A DNA stretch of 62,404 bases, the filler included, from Asterionella formosa (lineage: Eukaryota), in NCBI GenBank assembly GCA_002256025.1. It is 8 parts of 8 records of this genome, joined end to end, with 100 filler letters (N's around TTAATTAATTAA, not from the genome) between each part and the next. Parts side by side here need not be neighbours in the genome. Positions count along the whole stretch, not along the records: positions 1 to 26,086 come from NKIB01001832.1; 7 more parts are not named here. One strand, given 5' to 3'. The notes under the pieces are model-generated. The model searched no databases. It saw only the letters and a program-made list of their open reading frames with translations, and was not told where the DNA came from. A program made the position numbers and the translations under genes. Every line of letters begins with the position of its first letter. Position 1 is the first letter of the stretch. This document shows, piece by piece, positions 12,102-22,753 of the stretch.

Positions 12102-13574
12102 ATGAGATTGCCCGTCTTTCTAGCGGCAGCAGCTAGTATATCGTACATTGGTCTTACAGAATCATTCACATCTGTTCCTACCTTTACGACTCGAACTCAA
12201 TTGCTCAATGCTGTTGATAGAATCTACCCCTCGACGCGCCTCCATGTTGGTGGAATCCCTGATTTCGTAAGTTTCCGTGGATTCGACGATGACGATGATG
12301 ATGATGAAAAAGTAGAGGGCGGGGAGGAGGACGAAGAAGACGACGAAGAACCTGACGCGTATACAAAAGCCGCTCCATCCGAATTTCTGGAGGCGGAACG
12401 AGGTTCTTTGTTGGCCGGCCCTGTTACAAGGGTTGACTGGGGCGGCGAGTACGGGAAATTGAGGGAGCGATTCTCTGAGACAGAATCGGGAAGAACCACC
12501 CCATCAACCGCTCTGTTTCGCATCATGACATCAGAAACTCCCAATCAAGCAATTAGTAAATTTGTCCGCTCTGCAAACCCTCAAGTCGTTCAAGCTATGG
12601 CTGGCGCTGTGAATGGCTTATTGGGAGGCTTATCTAATCCAGTTATGGGAGTAGAGACATTAGTCAAAGCTAGTGGAGACAAAATTGCTAACCTGTGCTT
12701 TCAACTACAAATGACGGGGTATATGTTCCGAAATGCTGAGTATGTCCTGGCCTTGAAAGACTTGATGAAACTGCGTGGCTCGGCATCCCTTCAGGAGTAC
12801 AAAGACGCCTTCAATAAGCTAGATAGGGATGGATCTGGATTTATTGAATCTGTCGAGATCGAAAGGCTGCTACAAGATGTTTATCAGGATGCAGTTCCTC
12901 GATTTGAAGTGGAAAACTTTTTGAATTTTTTTGATTCCAACAATGATGGCAAAATAAGTTGGGAAGAATTTGAACGAGGTCTTGGTGCCATTACAGCACA
13001 GGACGCTTCCAAGCGAATTAGTGGATTGTTGCCTGGATCTACAGAGGGGGACGACGACGATGATGATATCGAACTGCCGAACCTTGAGCCAAACATTTCT
13101 GGGACTCTAAAAATTGAATTGAAAAATGGCAAGGTCATTGAACTTGAAGCCAAGGATTACATTGCAAATCTAAAAAAGGAGGCCGAAGCATTAAAGGCTG
13201 CGCTTCGGCAAGAATCCGGAACTATACCAATTTCTCTCAAGGATGCCACGATAACCCCAGGATCGAAAACCATGTCCCAATCATCTGATGATAGCTTCAG
13301 TGGTGCTCTTGCAGGTTATATTGCTTCTCGAGAAGGAGATGTTAAATCATTGACTGATGGAATTTCAACTGACATTGTCGAGACAATGAAGAAACTTGTT
13401 GATTTTGTCCTAAAGGGTAGTAACACATCCAACAAGATCCAAACGGATGTTTCGAAATTGGAAATGGAAATCCCAGGATCAGCGTTGCAGCAATTGGCGC
13501 TCTGGCAATTGGTACTGGGTTACAAACTTCGAGAAGCTGAAGCCACTGGGGAATATCTCAAGTTGCTTCAGTAG
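12102..13574 (+). CDS. DUF760-family (UV-B-induced protein At3g17800-like) protein with an inserted EF-hand pair, probably plastid-targeted
   Basis: 490 aa. Signal-like MRLPVFLAAAASISYIGLTES/FTS. DUF760-like repeats LCFQLQMTGYMFRNAEY and LALWQLVLGYKLREAE. EF loops DRDGSGFIESVE and DSNNDGKISWEE. Confidence 0.85.
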   Translation: MRLPVFLAAAASISYIGLTESFTSVPTFTTRTQLLNAVDRIYPSTRLHVGGIPDFVSFRGFDDDDDDDEKVEGGEEDEEDDEEPDAYTKAAPSEFLEAERGSLLAGPVTRVDWGGEYGKLRERFSETESGRTTPSTALFRIMTSETPNQAISKFVRSANPQVVQAMAGAVNGLLGGLSNPVMGVETLVKASGDKIANLCFQLQMTGYMFRNAEYVLALKDLMKLRGSASLQEYKDAFNKLDRDGSGFIESVEIERLLQDVYQDAVPRFEVENFLNFFDSNNDGKISWEEFERGLGAITAQDASKRISGLLPGSTEGDDDDDDIELPNLEPNISGTLKIELKNGKVIELEAKDYIANLKKEAEALKAALRQESGTIPISLKDATITPGSKTMSQSSDDSFSGALAGYIASREGDVKSLTDGISTDIVETMKKLVDFVLKGSNTSNKIQTDVSKLEMEIPGSALQQLALWQLVLGYKLREAEATGEYLKLLQ

Positions 13575-13993
13575 AGGGCGAACAGACTAATGATGATGTG
13601 TATTTGTTGGGGTGAAATGATTATTCTATCCCTATTGAATTCAATGCAAGACAGGCCCGTCTATAAGCCAAGTAGCAGTAGTTTTAATTAGGAAAGATTG
13701 ACTAATTTTTACTTTTCAAAACCAAAAACTGAATATTTCAATATTTCCAACTTATCTCAGAAGATGCTCGCCACCTGTTTCGTGTGCTAATTTGGTGCAC
13801 CTTTTCAGCTCATGTTGTGAACAACAACAAGGTGCTAGGACATTTCATCATTTCATCAAAGTGTTTAGTGAGGGGTTCTTGAAATACATTGAACAATCCT
13901 GGGGAATTGCTTAGTTGGTTGAGTATGTTGCTTTTATATGAAGTTGTGTGGTTTGATTCCCACAATTTTCTTGAGAAGCAATTGTTGGGCTAG

Positions 13994-15089
13994 ACTCCCA
14001 ACTCCTCCCTGCACTCCTCCCTGTACCATGCAGTCTTGCCTGGTGTGCAAGCTTGTGCTGCCCTCCTTATGCTGCAGATGAAATGATCACCTTTCATGAA
14101 AGATGGTTGAGGACTCACCTATTTTAACAAAACTATGGGGAAGCACAGGTCTTGTCAGCAGGCCATGCCATGAAATACCATGTGTCACTCCATGGTCTTA
14201 GAAAGCTTGTTATAAGTGATTTTCAATTTCATATTAAATGCTCTTTTCTTAGGTTCAGCTCGTTTTCATTGAGAACTCTTGATTATCAGGCAAGATGACT
14301 TGGATAGGATGAGCATAACTTAATTGCTTCTTCAACAAATGCAGCATTGCCTAATTTAACAAAAGGCTATGATACCTCAAAGCTTTTCAAAATTATGGTA
14401 ACCATAATTGGTAGTCCCAGTCTGGTGATATAGTACCCAGTGTACAATTTGGATTGGGTCCACATGAAAAGGAAGCCATTTGGGAAAACCTTGAAATGAG
14501 AAGCTTCTCTAGGAACTTTATTTTGATAAAAAGAAAACTCCAAATCGATATGGTTTGGCTTGTCTATTTCCCCTGTATTGTTGAATTTGAATGTAATTTA
14601 CTTGTGATGATGTTCTGGTACTGGGTAGGTACATCAGACAATACATCATTGTGTGCTTGATGATACCAGATAGTCTCTGGCACTCCCTCTTGGCGAAAAC
14701 AATTGCGTCGATTCTTAAAATTTCTCCAGGGCCATCATGTTGACTATGATTTTCTCTAACTCAATGCCCTATTGTGCGCCTAGGGCTTAGCTACAGATCC
14801 ATGTATCATGAAAAATTAGTATTTTTTATAGCCCATTTGTACTCTCCTATTTCTATAGGAAAGTTTTTCATTGTGCTAGCTACCTGCCAACAAGATCTGT
14901 GCTTCCCTAATTTTGTTAGCATAGGTGAGTCCCCAACCACCAGTTGTGAAAGGTGATCATCTTTGCCGCAGTGTTAGGGGAAGCTCCAACCGTCTTGGAA
15001 GGCGTCATAAGCTTCTTGTAGTAGGGAAGCAACCCACTATTTCTTGCACACCAGGCAATACGGTGTGGGAAGGTAAGGAGTGTGGGTGT
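13994..15089. mobile_element. Decayed inverted-repeat (MITE-like) element, right end running into a gap
   Basis: GATCACCTTTCA..GGTTGAGGACTCACCTAT..GGGAAGCACAGGTCTTG (~14085-14155) is mirrored by CAAGATCTGTGCTTCCC..ATAGGTGAGTCCCCAACC..TGAAAGGTGATC (~14890-14960). TTGCCTGGTGTGCAAG is also mirrored. Confidence 0.65.
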
Positions 15090-16260
15090 NNNNNNNNNNN
15101 NNNNNNNNNNNNNNNNNNNNNNNNNNNNNNNNNNNNNNNNNNNNNNNNNNNNNNNNNNNNNNNNNNNNNNNNNNNNNNNNNNNNNNNNNNNNNNNNNNNN
15201 NNNNNNNNNNNNNNNNNNNNNNNNNNNNNNNNNNNNNNNNNNNNATGCCGGAATCGATCCACACAACCTCAGATCAAAGGCTACGTGTTAAACTACTAAT
15301 CCATTCCATCAGATCCACGGATAACATATATGTAGTTAAGTTAAAATTGGCAACAAGGTTTCAAAAAAACCTTTTTGGGCTTTTTCGATTTATAATCATG
15401 GCCATCTCGAGGAAAATATAGTTAGATGCATGAGGACCCATTTTTCTTCAAACTATCTATTGTCTACATACATACAAAATGGAGGATATAGAAGTAGAAC
15501 AATGGTAACTTGCCTTCGATTATGCAACCGCAAAAGTGGTGATGATGGGAAGGAAGAAAAAGATACCTCAATTTGTGAATTGGAACTGTTAAACATCCGG
15601 AGTAAAGGTCGATGTAAAGTAAATCTGTAGAAAACTTATTGAACGAAAGTTATTTCGTTCATGTTATAATTATGATAGCGTCTGCAAATAGAAAGTAGCA
15701 TATTTTTAAGATCACAGGTATCATATGCTAACTGTCACAGCAGAATTTTTCGCCACATGATATTTATTTCATTAAATGTATGATAAATGCATACTATAAG
15801 TATGATCATCCATGTTAAGCCTACTGTAAATAAATGACACACCATATAATTAGCAAAAAATTGTCCAATAATGTACATTCGTTCACCATGTATTATCTAT
15901 CTCCTTTACATCATGGTAATTCTAATCGAAATCACTGTTGAAAATAGGTTGAAATACTCTTATGTCTAGAAATGATTTTTTTTATGTTTCTATATTTGTC
16001 TGTGTGCGACTAAACAACCAATGTCACCCTTTCTATTGTCTCAATGGTGTTGATGCATACCCCTCGCTTCCCTTCAATGATTTTGAGGATTCATGCCTCT
16101 CGCCTCCCTTCAATGCCCTTGACTGAAACTTTTCTGACTGCTTGCTGGAACTACCCTTTCCTTTTGATCCTATTCTGACCAATGTCCTCACCTTGTTTGT
16201 ATAGAACGTGTTCTTGCATACCATCCATCACCTATAGATACCAATGTTAGCTTGCTTGTA

Positions 16261-17142
16261 ACATGCTTGCGATACAAGAAACAAGTGACATGCATGTCAT
16301 GTGTTGTTCAACCTATGTTGAGTAGGTGTCAAAGTCATAGTTTATGAGTTCAAGGACAAGGTGAAGAAAGATAGTGACACTATTGTAAAGGAATGTAATT
16401 GGTTGATCACTTGACTAATTATAAAAATTAAAAAGGAATAATGAACCTTGGGTGTGAAAACGTATGACAACCTGCACATGCTATAAGCTAAGCAGGATAG
16501 AAACAGTTGACGCTACCTAGGGTGCTCGAAGAAATGCGACGTGTGGCAACCAGTGCGGCATGCCAATGGAAGTGGTACAGACTCCACAGATGGTAGGAAC
16601 ACTTCCATCTGTCTGAATTGCAGTAATATACTATGAGATATATGTGTTTTCTGAAAAGCGGTTCAAACTGGTGTTATTTGATTGTTAATCCTCATCCAGA
16701 GCAATTTTTGGAATGGCACTTGATCAGGCTTGTCCTCAATGGTTAGCTAGTATGGAGCAGAGAAGAAAATGTTTGGGCATTTAAACTAGATACCTGGTCT
16801 GAGGTAACAAGTGATGACTTACACTCCTTTAACATTTGGTTTGGAAAATCATGTACTGAAAATTTAATTCATGAGGAAAGTGGTCAGGACATTTGCCCCC
16901 TTTTCCTACTGTTTCTGCATGCCTTGAATGTGCTTGTGATACAAGAACAGGTGACATGATGGGCTGTCATGTGTTGTTCAACCTTTGTTGGGTCTGTGTC
17001 AACAGTCATAGTTTATGAGTTCAAGGACAAGGTGAATGAAGATGGTGACCCTATCATGAAGGAATGTAATTGGTTGATCACTTGACTAAGTGTAAATATT
17101 AAAATGGAATAGTGAAGCCTGGATGTGAAACATATGACAACC
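16261..17142. repeat. Direct repeat pair (~210 bp; 16261-16472 and ~16928-17142), each containing a 175-bp TGTCAT...ATGACA unit (LTR/TRIM-like)
   Basis: Units 16295-16469 and 16965-17139 are both 175 bp, start TGTCAT and end ATGACA, and share AGTCATAGTTTATGAGTTCAAGGACAAGGTGAA and AAGGAATGTAATTGGTTGATCACTTGACTAA. Confidence 0.75.
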
Positions 17143-17259
17143 GGAATATGATGGAAACAACAAGGCATTTATTCAATGATCATACTGTTCGGTACCATAT
17201 ACCGGTAGTATTCCGGTATGTACGTGTACATGTACGCACCTAGGTATATATATTTTTAA

Positions 17260-18328
17260 GGTTGCGGCCCCGGCTTAACCCTAGTTTGGAGAAAATATCG
17301 CTAGGGTTGTAAAAACGGCGGGGAAAAGGGAGTTCCCTACTATTAATTCCCATGATTCGAGTGTCCATTTGAATATTTGAATTAAATAGGAATCGGCGCC
17401 AGATTGATAGAGTTCCATTTCAAACAAACAAAAATGATATTTAAATGTTAACACTATATGGACATCGCTGTATGTAGATATGATTTTGCTCAACGCCAAA
17501 ACACATATATAAATCAGGAGTATGCCAACACGTATGTCTGCTCATGGTTCGTGTTTATACTTTATATTGAATCTAAGCTGCTGAATGTAGGCTTAATAAA
17601 AATCAGTACGGTACCAGGTACCGAAGTAAACCCTGGTACCGGTCTACCGGTGGTACATAATCTCGGTTCATGACAATGGAAGACAGGATGACACTAGTAC
17701 CGGTGTACCGGTACTGATTTTACCTGCTGGTAAACAGTACATCCAATACATGTGGTTCAAGTGTGGCTGGCGTGAATACTTCAGCCAATCTGGAGCAGGT
17801 AAGTAAATTCAATTCAACCAATCAGAATATGTGAAGTGACGCGGCAACGTACCCTGGAGTCTTTTCGGACTGAGAATTATTCAGCGAAACATCAAGACTC
17901 TAAGTATACGAGAACGTTTTGCACATACAAATTCCGATTCCAATATTTTGGCGACTGTTGAAAAAGCCGATCGGGTCGACTTTTTGGAGGAGTACCGGTA
18001 GATACCCGTGTACCCTATAACGTCAGGAGTTAACTTCTGGAGAGAAACTGCAGTTATGTATCGTAAATTTTTAGAAAAGCTTCGTAGCCCCTTTTTTTGA
18101 CTATTTTTGCGATAGTGACGAATCTACGATACATAACTGCAGTTTCTCTCCAGAAATGGGGTCCTTAGCATATCCGAAGATAGAACATACCCCTAAGTCG
18201 ACCCATGACTGTATCTACCGGTAAGCATGTGCAAAGTGGTCGTATTGGTGAAAGCTAATTTTACCTTTAACTACTTGATGTAATTGTACGTACTGTGTGG
18301 GCTAAGGTACATGATAAAATTGTTTTGG
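17260..18328 (+). mobile_element. ~1.1-kb non-autonomous element (family with GGTTGCGGCCCCG inverted termini), copy A
   Basis: Homologous to 58002-58903 (left and middle), 34891-~35185 (left end) and the reverse complement of 25616-26021 (right end). Contains a perfect 31-bp internal inverted repeat at 18035-18065/18125-18155. Confidence 0.85.
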
Positions 18329-18554
18329 TACATAATGTGGTCTTATACTATATAAACAAAAGAAATACTTTAAATTTACCTACCGTTATACCAGTAGTGC
18401 AATGTGCAATAGCTTCCCCTCCTTCCTTTCGTTTTCCATCATATTGCCTGGCTGTTATGAACTTAAGCTGCAACATCTATAGAGGAGCATACGCGTCTTA
18501 TCTGTGGTGGACATAAATAGCATCGCTAGGGCAATCGCGAGGGCGACAGATTCC

Positions 18555-21467
18555 ATGGAAGCCACAGGCGGAGCAGATTGTAGCCAAACCATTTCTCCAT
18601 TGGAATTAAACGATTTTCTTCAACGCACCCCGCAAAACCCTCGAGCTAAGAGTTTGGCTTCCAAAGATGCAGAAGGAATTGCTCTTCTCAGACAAATATT
18701 TCCCGATTTACCAGAACAAGAACTCTGGAACCTGCACAAAAATCATGTCCAGAAATCATCAAAAAAGCCGTACACAAGCGAACAAAATGGACCTTCGTCT
18801 CGCTTAGGCCAACGAATATGGAAGCAAGCCAAGTGGTTGCAAGAGCAGAGTGTTGGGGAATGTGAAGCATTGTATTGGAGGCCAACCGAGCTAGCCGACG
18901 ACTTTCTACGATTGCCTCTTGACGTGGCAATCCGACGTCATAATCCCCGTGAAAACAAGTGGCATTATATTTTTATTCTTCCGCTTGAGAAGCAAGTTCT
19001 AGAACAACATGTGTCCCGTCAAAAATCTATTGGAGCAGCTATAGATTATCCTGTCGACGAGCTTAACTACACTCGCGTTATTTTTCGAGATCCACAAAAA
19101 GGCCTAGGGATGACATTGTGCGAGGAAAGGGGTCGGATCTGGGTGCACTCTTTGATTGACCGCGATGGCAGTCGATGGTTTGTTTCCCCTCCAGAACACG
19201 AGAATGAAGGGCCAGCTATGAAAGCAGGTATTGTTCCCGGAGATTGGCTTCTTGGAATCAACGGTCAGGCACTATTACCCCTACCCTCGTCCTCTGAAGA
19301 TAACAAGTTGTTGAAAGATGCTGTATCGATTATTCAATATTCCCCAGATCCAGTCATCTTGCACTTTCTCCGGGTACCGCCACATAGATTGCATCCTTTG
19401 GTGGAACGCAACCGACAAGCTCCTTCTATATCATTGAATGGGCCGTCGCTGCTGGATCTCTCCCTTGAAACCGTGTCGGGGACATCAATATCATCGTCTC
19501 GTTCAATGTCCAATCATGTCAATAATCCCGTTAACATTCATCCTTTCGTCGCTATCTTGGCATCGAAGAATCTCATTCAATCAATGAAAGATCAAGTTGA
19601 GGCCACTAGGAGGTTATCAACGTTTACTGATCGAGCACGCCAGTGGGAATCCTTTTCCTCGTTTAGACTCGATGCCCATTCCCTAGAGCTCAAACCAAAC
19701 TTTGATCCAAAAGACTTACCGCCATCTATGAGTGCTGATATTTTGCCCTTTCAATGCATGCAAGTCAATAGTGTCCGACCTTGGGCACCTTCAACGCCAA
19801 CGCTGGATCCTGCAATTGATATTATTCCATTTAGCATGGCTAGAAATGATGAATGGGTCACTTCATTTGACGACGAGGAGTACGATCAGGACGGTCCGAG
19901 GAGTCTGCTAAGCGGAAAGCCAATTGACTTTGATGAACGAATACACCTAACACGATTCGCCGCGAAGCCTCATCCGAGGCGAAGGCCTGGAAACACTCAC
20001 AGAGGAACGAAGAAGGGAACGTCAATCGTAAATGATGACGAAGACATAATTTTTATTCCCCTTATGAATGTTCGTAAGGCACTTTGCTGCAGAATTCTGA
20101 ACACTTTTATGGACAACAACCGAACTGCCTATACTATTTGGGTGTACGATGTTGAGTCTGGACGAGAATGGTACGCTCCAGTCCGCTATATGCGGGACTT
20201 TCATCAGCTGCGATCATCCACAGTACCGTTGTGTTCAAGTCTTAATCACTTGCCATTCCCTTCTATGAAGTGGAATATTTTCGGCAATTCAGAAAAGTCG
20301 GAACCAGCAGCATCAAAGGAGGCGAGGTCACGACAGCTCGAATCGTTTCTACGAACACTTTGTTATATCATTTACACAGATCCGCTCCATTCAAGCATTA
20401 CGGAGATAGCCATTCATGTTCAATCTTTTCTTGGCTGTGATGCTGGCCTTGGATCGGAAGACCTTGACTTGCATCTTCAAAACCATGTCACTCTTAACGA
20501 ACCCATGGGTAGCGAGCAAGGTAGCGAGGAAGGACATTCGGAACTCCAAATGAAAGTAAGATTCTATCTGAAAAGTTCGATCCAACGATATACGTTCCGA
20601 TTATTTCTCCTTGACGTTGTTGAGAAGATTATTCGTCAGTTCGTCGATGAAACTCGAGCGAAGGGACCAACCTTTCACGAGATTGAGGCGTTAGAAGCAA
20701 ATGGTCGAAGTGTAATAAAGGAGCGAGGAATGATGGATCTCGAAAGGATTCAAGCATTCCTCGACCAAATGCAAACTCTGATTCTAGATGGATGCATGGC
20801 GGACTTTGAATCTATCTCGAGGAGGCGCGAATTCTTTCCCTTGCATAAATTCTTTGAGGGTTTAAATGGAAAGCTTTACTTGGAACGAGTAGCCCGCGAA
20901 GCTGTCCGAGAACAACTCGAGATTGAGATTTACGTACCACTCCGTACGATGGTCTCTCGGTATCTGGTGCATGGGTGGAGACATGACGATATGGAGATGC
21001 ATTTCAAGGTGAACGAACTACGGAAGCGACCACAAGCAATGTTCAGAATTCCAAAGGAAAAGCAGAGTCCATCCGAATGGCGATCTGTTTCCTGCATTTT
21101 GAACGAAGGCGCCCAGCAGAGCACTCTACCGTGTGGAAAACTTCGGTCGATCGTGCATGCTGCAAAAGAAATATCAAGAATTTACGCCGAAGAGCATCGA
21201 AGCAATAAAGTCGCAAATGGAGAAGACAGCTCTCCTCTTGGTGCTGATGACTTTCTTCCTATCTTCATATATTGTGTCGTCAAGGCTGGTGTGGAGCGCC
21301 CATGTGCTCTAACAGTCCTGCTGAGAACATTGTGTGAGCCTACAAACCGAATCGGAGAGATTGGCTACTACTTGGCATCCTTCGAAGCGGCTATAACGCA
21401 CATTCAAGAGATGGATTTGACGGACGACTTGCCCACACGTGGAAATGGAAGGGCCCAAATATTGTAA
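18555..21467 (+). CDS. PDZ + PX + VPS9 domain protein (putative Rab5-family GEF)
   Basis: Long intronless ORF. PDZ (KGLGMTL...GPAMKAGIVPGDWLLGING), PX (TAYTIWVYD...RYMRDFHQLR...LPFPS...RQLESFLR) and VPS9 (LGADDFLPIFIYCVV, GEIGYYLASFEAAI). First ATG at 18555. Confidence 0.88.
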   Translation: MEATGGADCSQTISPLELNDFLQRTPQNPRAKSLASKDAEGIALLRQIFPDLPEQELWNLHKNHVQKSSKKPYTSEQNGPSSRLGQRIWKQAKWLQEQSVGECEALYWRPTELADDFLRLPLDVAIRRHNPRENKWHYIFILPLEKQVLEQHVSRQKSIGAAIDYPVDELNYTRVIFRDPQKGLGMTLCEERGRIWVHSLIDRDGSRWFVSPPEHENEGPAMKAGIVPGDWLLGINGQALLPLPSSSEDNKLLKDAVSIIQYSPDPVILHFLRVPPHRLHPLVERNRQAPSISLNGPSLLDLSLETVSGTSISSSRSMSNHVNNPVNIHPFVAILASKNLIQSMKDQVEATRRLSTFTDRARQWESFSSFRLDAHSLELKPNFDPKDLPPSMSADILPFQCMQVNSVRPWAPSTPTLDPAIDIIPFSMARNDEWVTSFDDEEYDQDGPRSLLSGKPIDFDERIHLTRFAAKPHPRRRPGNTHRGTKKGTSIVNDDEDIIFIPLMNVRKALCCRILNTFMDNNRTAYTIWVYDVESGREWYAPVRYMRDFHQLRSSTVPLCSSLNHLPFPSMKWNIFGNSEKSEPAASKEARSRQLESFLRTLCYIIYTDPLHSSITEIAIHVQSFLGCDAGLGSEDLDLHLQNHVTLNEPMGSEQGSEEGHSELQMKVRFYLKSSIQRYTFRLFLLDVVEKIIRQFVDETRAKGPTFHEIEALEANGRSVIKERGMMDLERIQAFLDQMQTLILDGCMADFESISRRREFFPLHKFFEGLNGKLYLERVAREAVREQLEIEIYVPLRTMVSRYLVHGWRHDDMEMHFKVNELRKRPQAMFRIPKEKQSPSEWRSVSCILNEGAQQSTLPCGKLRSIVHAAKEISRIYAEEHRSNKVANGEDSSPLGADDFLPIFIYCVVKAGVERPCALTVLLRTLCEPTNRIGEIGYYLASFEAAITHIQEMDLTDDLPTRGNGRAQIL

Positions 21468-21482
21468 ATGTATTTTATCAGT

Positions 21483-22286
21483 TTAGATCATGGCAATCTT
21501 GATATCTTTTCGATTCTTGAGTTGCGGAAGGACTTTTTCTCGTAGGAAGTCCATGCAATCTGTTGCCGTATCTGGCAAGGTACAAACGGTGAAGCCCTTT
21601 GGGTTAGCATGGCTGTCAAGCAGAACAAGCTGTGTCTTGCCCAAGTACATTGAGGCCTTGGTATGCCCTTCTTGTGCGGTGCAAAGAGTTTGTAATCGAT
21701 TCGGTGTTCCGACAGCTATTCCAAACGACTGAGAGTCCAGCATGGTTCGCTGCTCATCGACATCCATGTGTTTTGCAAAAAGCTTGGCAGCTCTTACTTT
21801 TAGAGACGATAGTTCCTTCAGAAGCGCAACGGCCCGTCGTGCAGAAATACACACAATCACTACCATTGGACTACCAATAGGTTTCCACTTCTTGAGCTTC
21901 TTCAAGGAGGTAATATTCTTAAATCTTGCCTGCAGTGTGCTTTCGTTGGATGTTACAAAGTGATGTGCTTCCAATTTGTTCGAGCCGTCAATCGATTCGC
22001 CTTTGAGTTGAGTATAATGCAGCATCGCAGTCCACAAAAATTTCGCTTGGACTTGCGCCGACTCGATTTGGAGATTTCGACCTGATTCGATCAAAATTTT
22101 GGCCGAAGACTTTTTTGTAGGTACTTCGTCTACTTCCTCTTCATCGCTCTTGACTTCTCGCTTGCGTTTCTTTTCAACACTGTCCATCCTTGACTTTTCT
22201 TGAACCTTGTCAAGCTGGTCAGCTTTGCCGTCACTAAAGGACTGTACCAAGTATTCATCGTCGCTTCCAAGATCGTCGCCTCCCAT
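21483..22286 (-). CDS. CMS1: Cms1/CMSS1-like 90S pre-ribosome factor
   Basis: MGGDDLGSDDEY N-terminus; SPMVVIVCISARRA, AAKLFAKHMDVDEQ and IAVGTPNRL are typical Cms1 (degenerate DEAD-box-like) motifs. Confidence 0.85.
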   Translation of the reverse strand: MGGDDLGSDDEYLVQSFSDGKADQLDKVQEKSRMDSVEKKRKREVKSDEEEVDEVPTKKSSAKILIESGRNLQIESAQVQAKFLWTAMLHYTQLKGESIDGSNKLEAHHFVTSNESTLQARFKNITSLKKLKKWKPIGSPMVVIVCISARRAVALLKELSSLKVRAAKLFAKHMDVDEQRTMLDSQSFGIAVGTPNRLQTLCTAQEGHTKASMYLGKTQLVLLDSHANPKGFTVCTLPDTATDCMDFLREKVLPQLKNRKDIKIAMI

Positions 22287-22753
22287 GGTCAAAAATGACG
22301 ATCTTATATGCTATATCGTTAGGCTCGGAAGGCAATGATGTGCCTGTCGAAAAGCGGACAAGCTGCTTTGTTTTTGGTTCAACCCCAAACTAACAACAGA
22401 TGGGAGGGAGGAAGGTGGCTTGCGTTGCTCTTTTCTAATTACGGAAATTGAAGGTCACTGCTACATATCATATATATATACCGGTACTAAGCTTGCATCT
22501 CGCCATCACTCCTCATCATGTGGTTGGTTTTGTTGGAAGACGAATGGAGTGCATACCAGGTACCAGGTACTGATGGTACCTGGTGGGAGTACCATTAGTA
22601 CCTAGTGGTACATGAAAAATACCTGCAAATGATTAAGCTAAAATAGAAAACATTTCAATGGTTCACATGCCGGTACCTCTGGACGGACGGAAGGCCAGCC
22701 GCTATCAGCAACAACGGTATACTACCGCTGGTATATAATGCACAAATGTATGC

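Noticed and set aside
11379..15421. ORFs containing X runs
   Set aside because: Artefacts of translating through N gaps.
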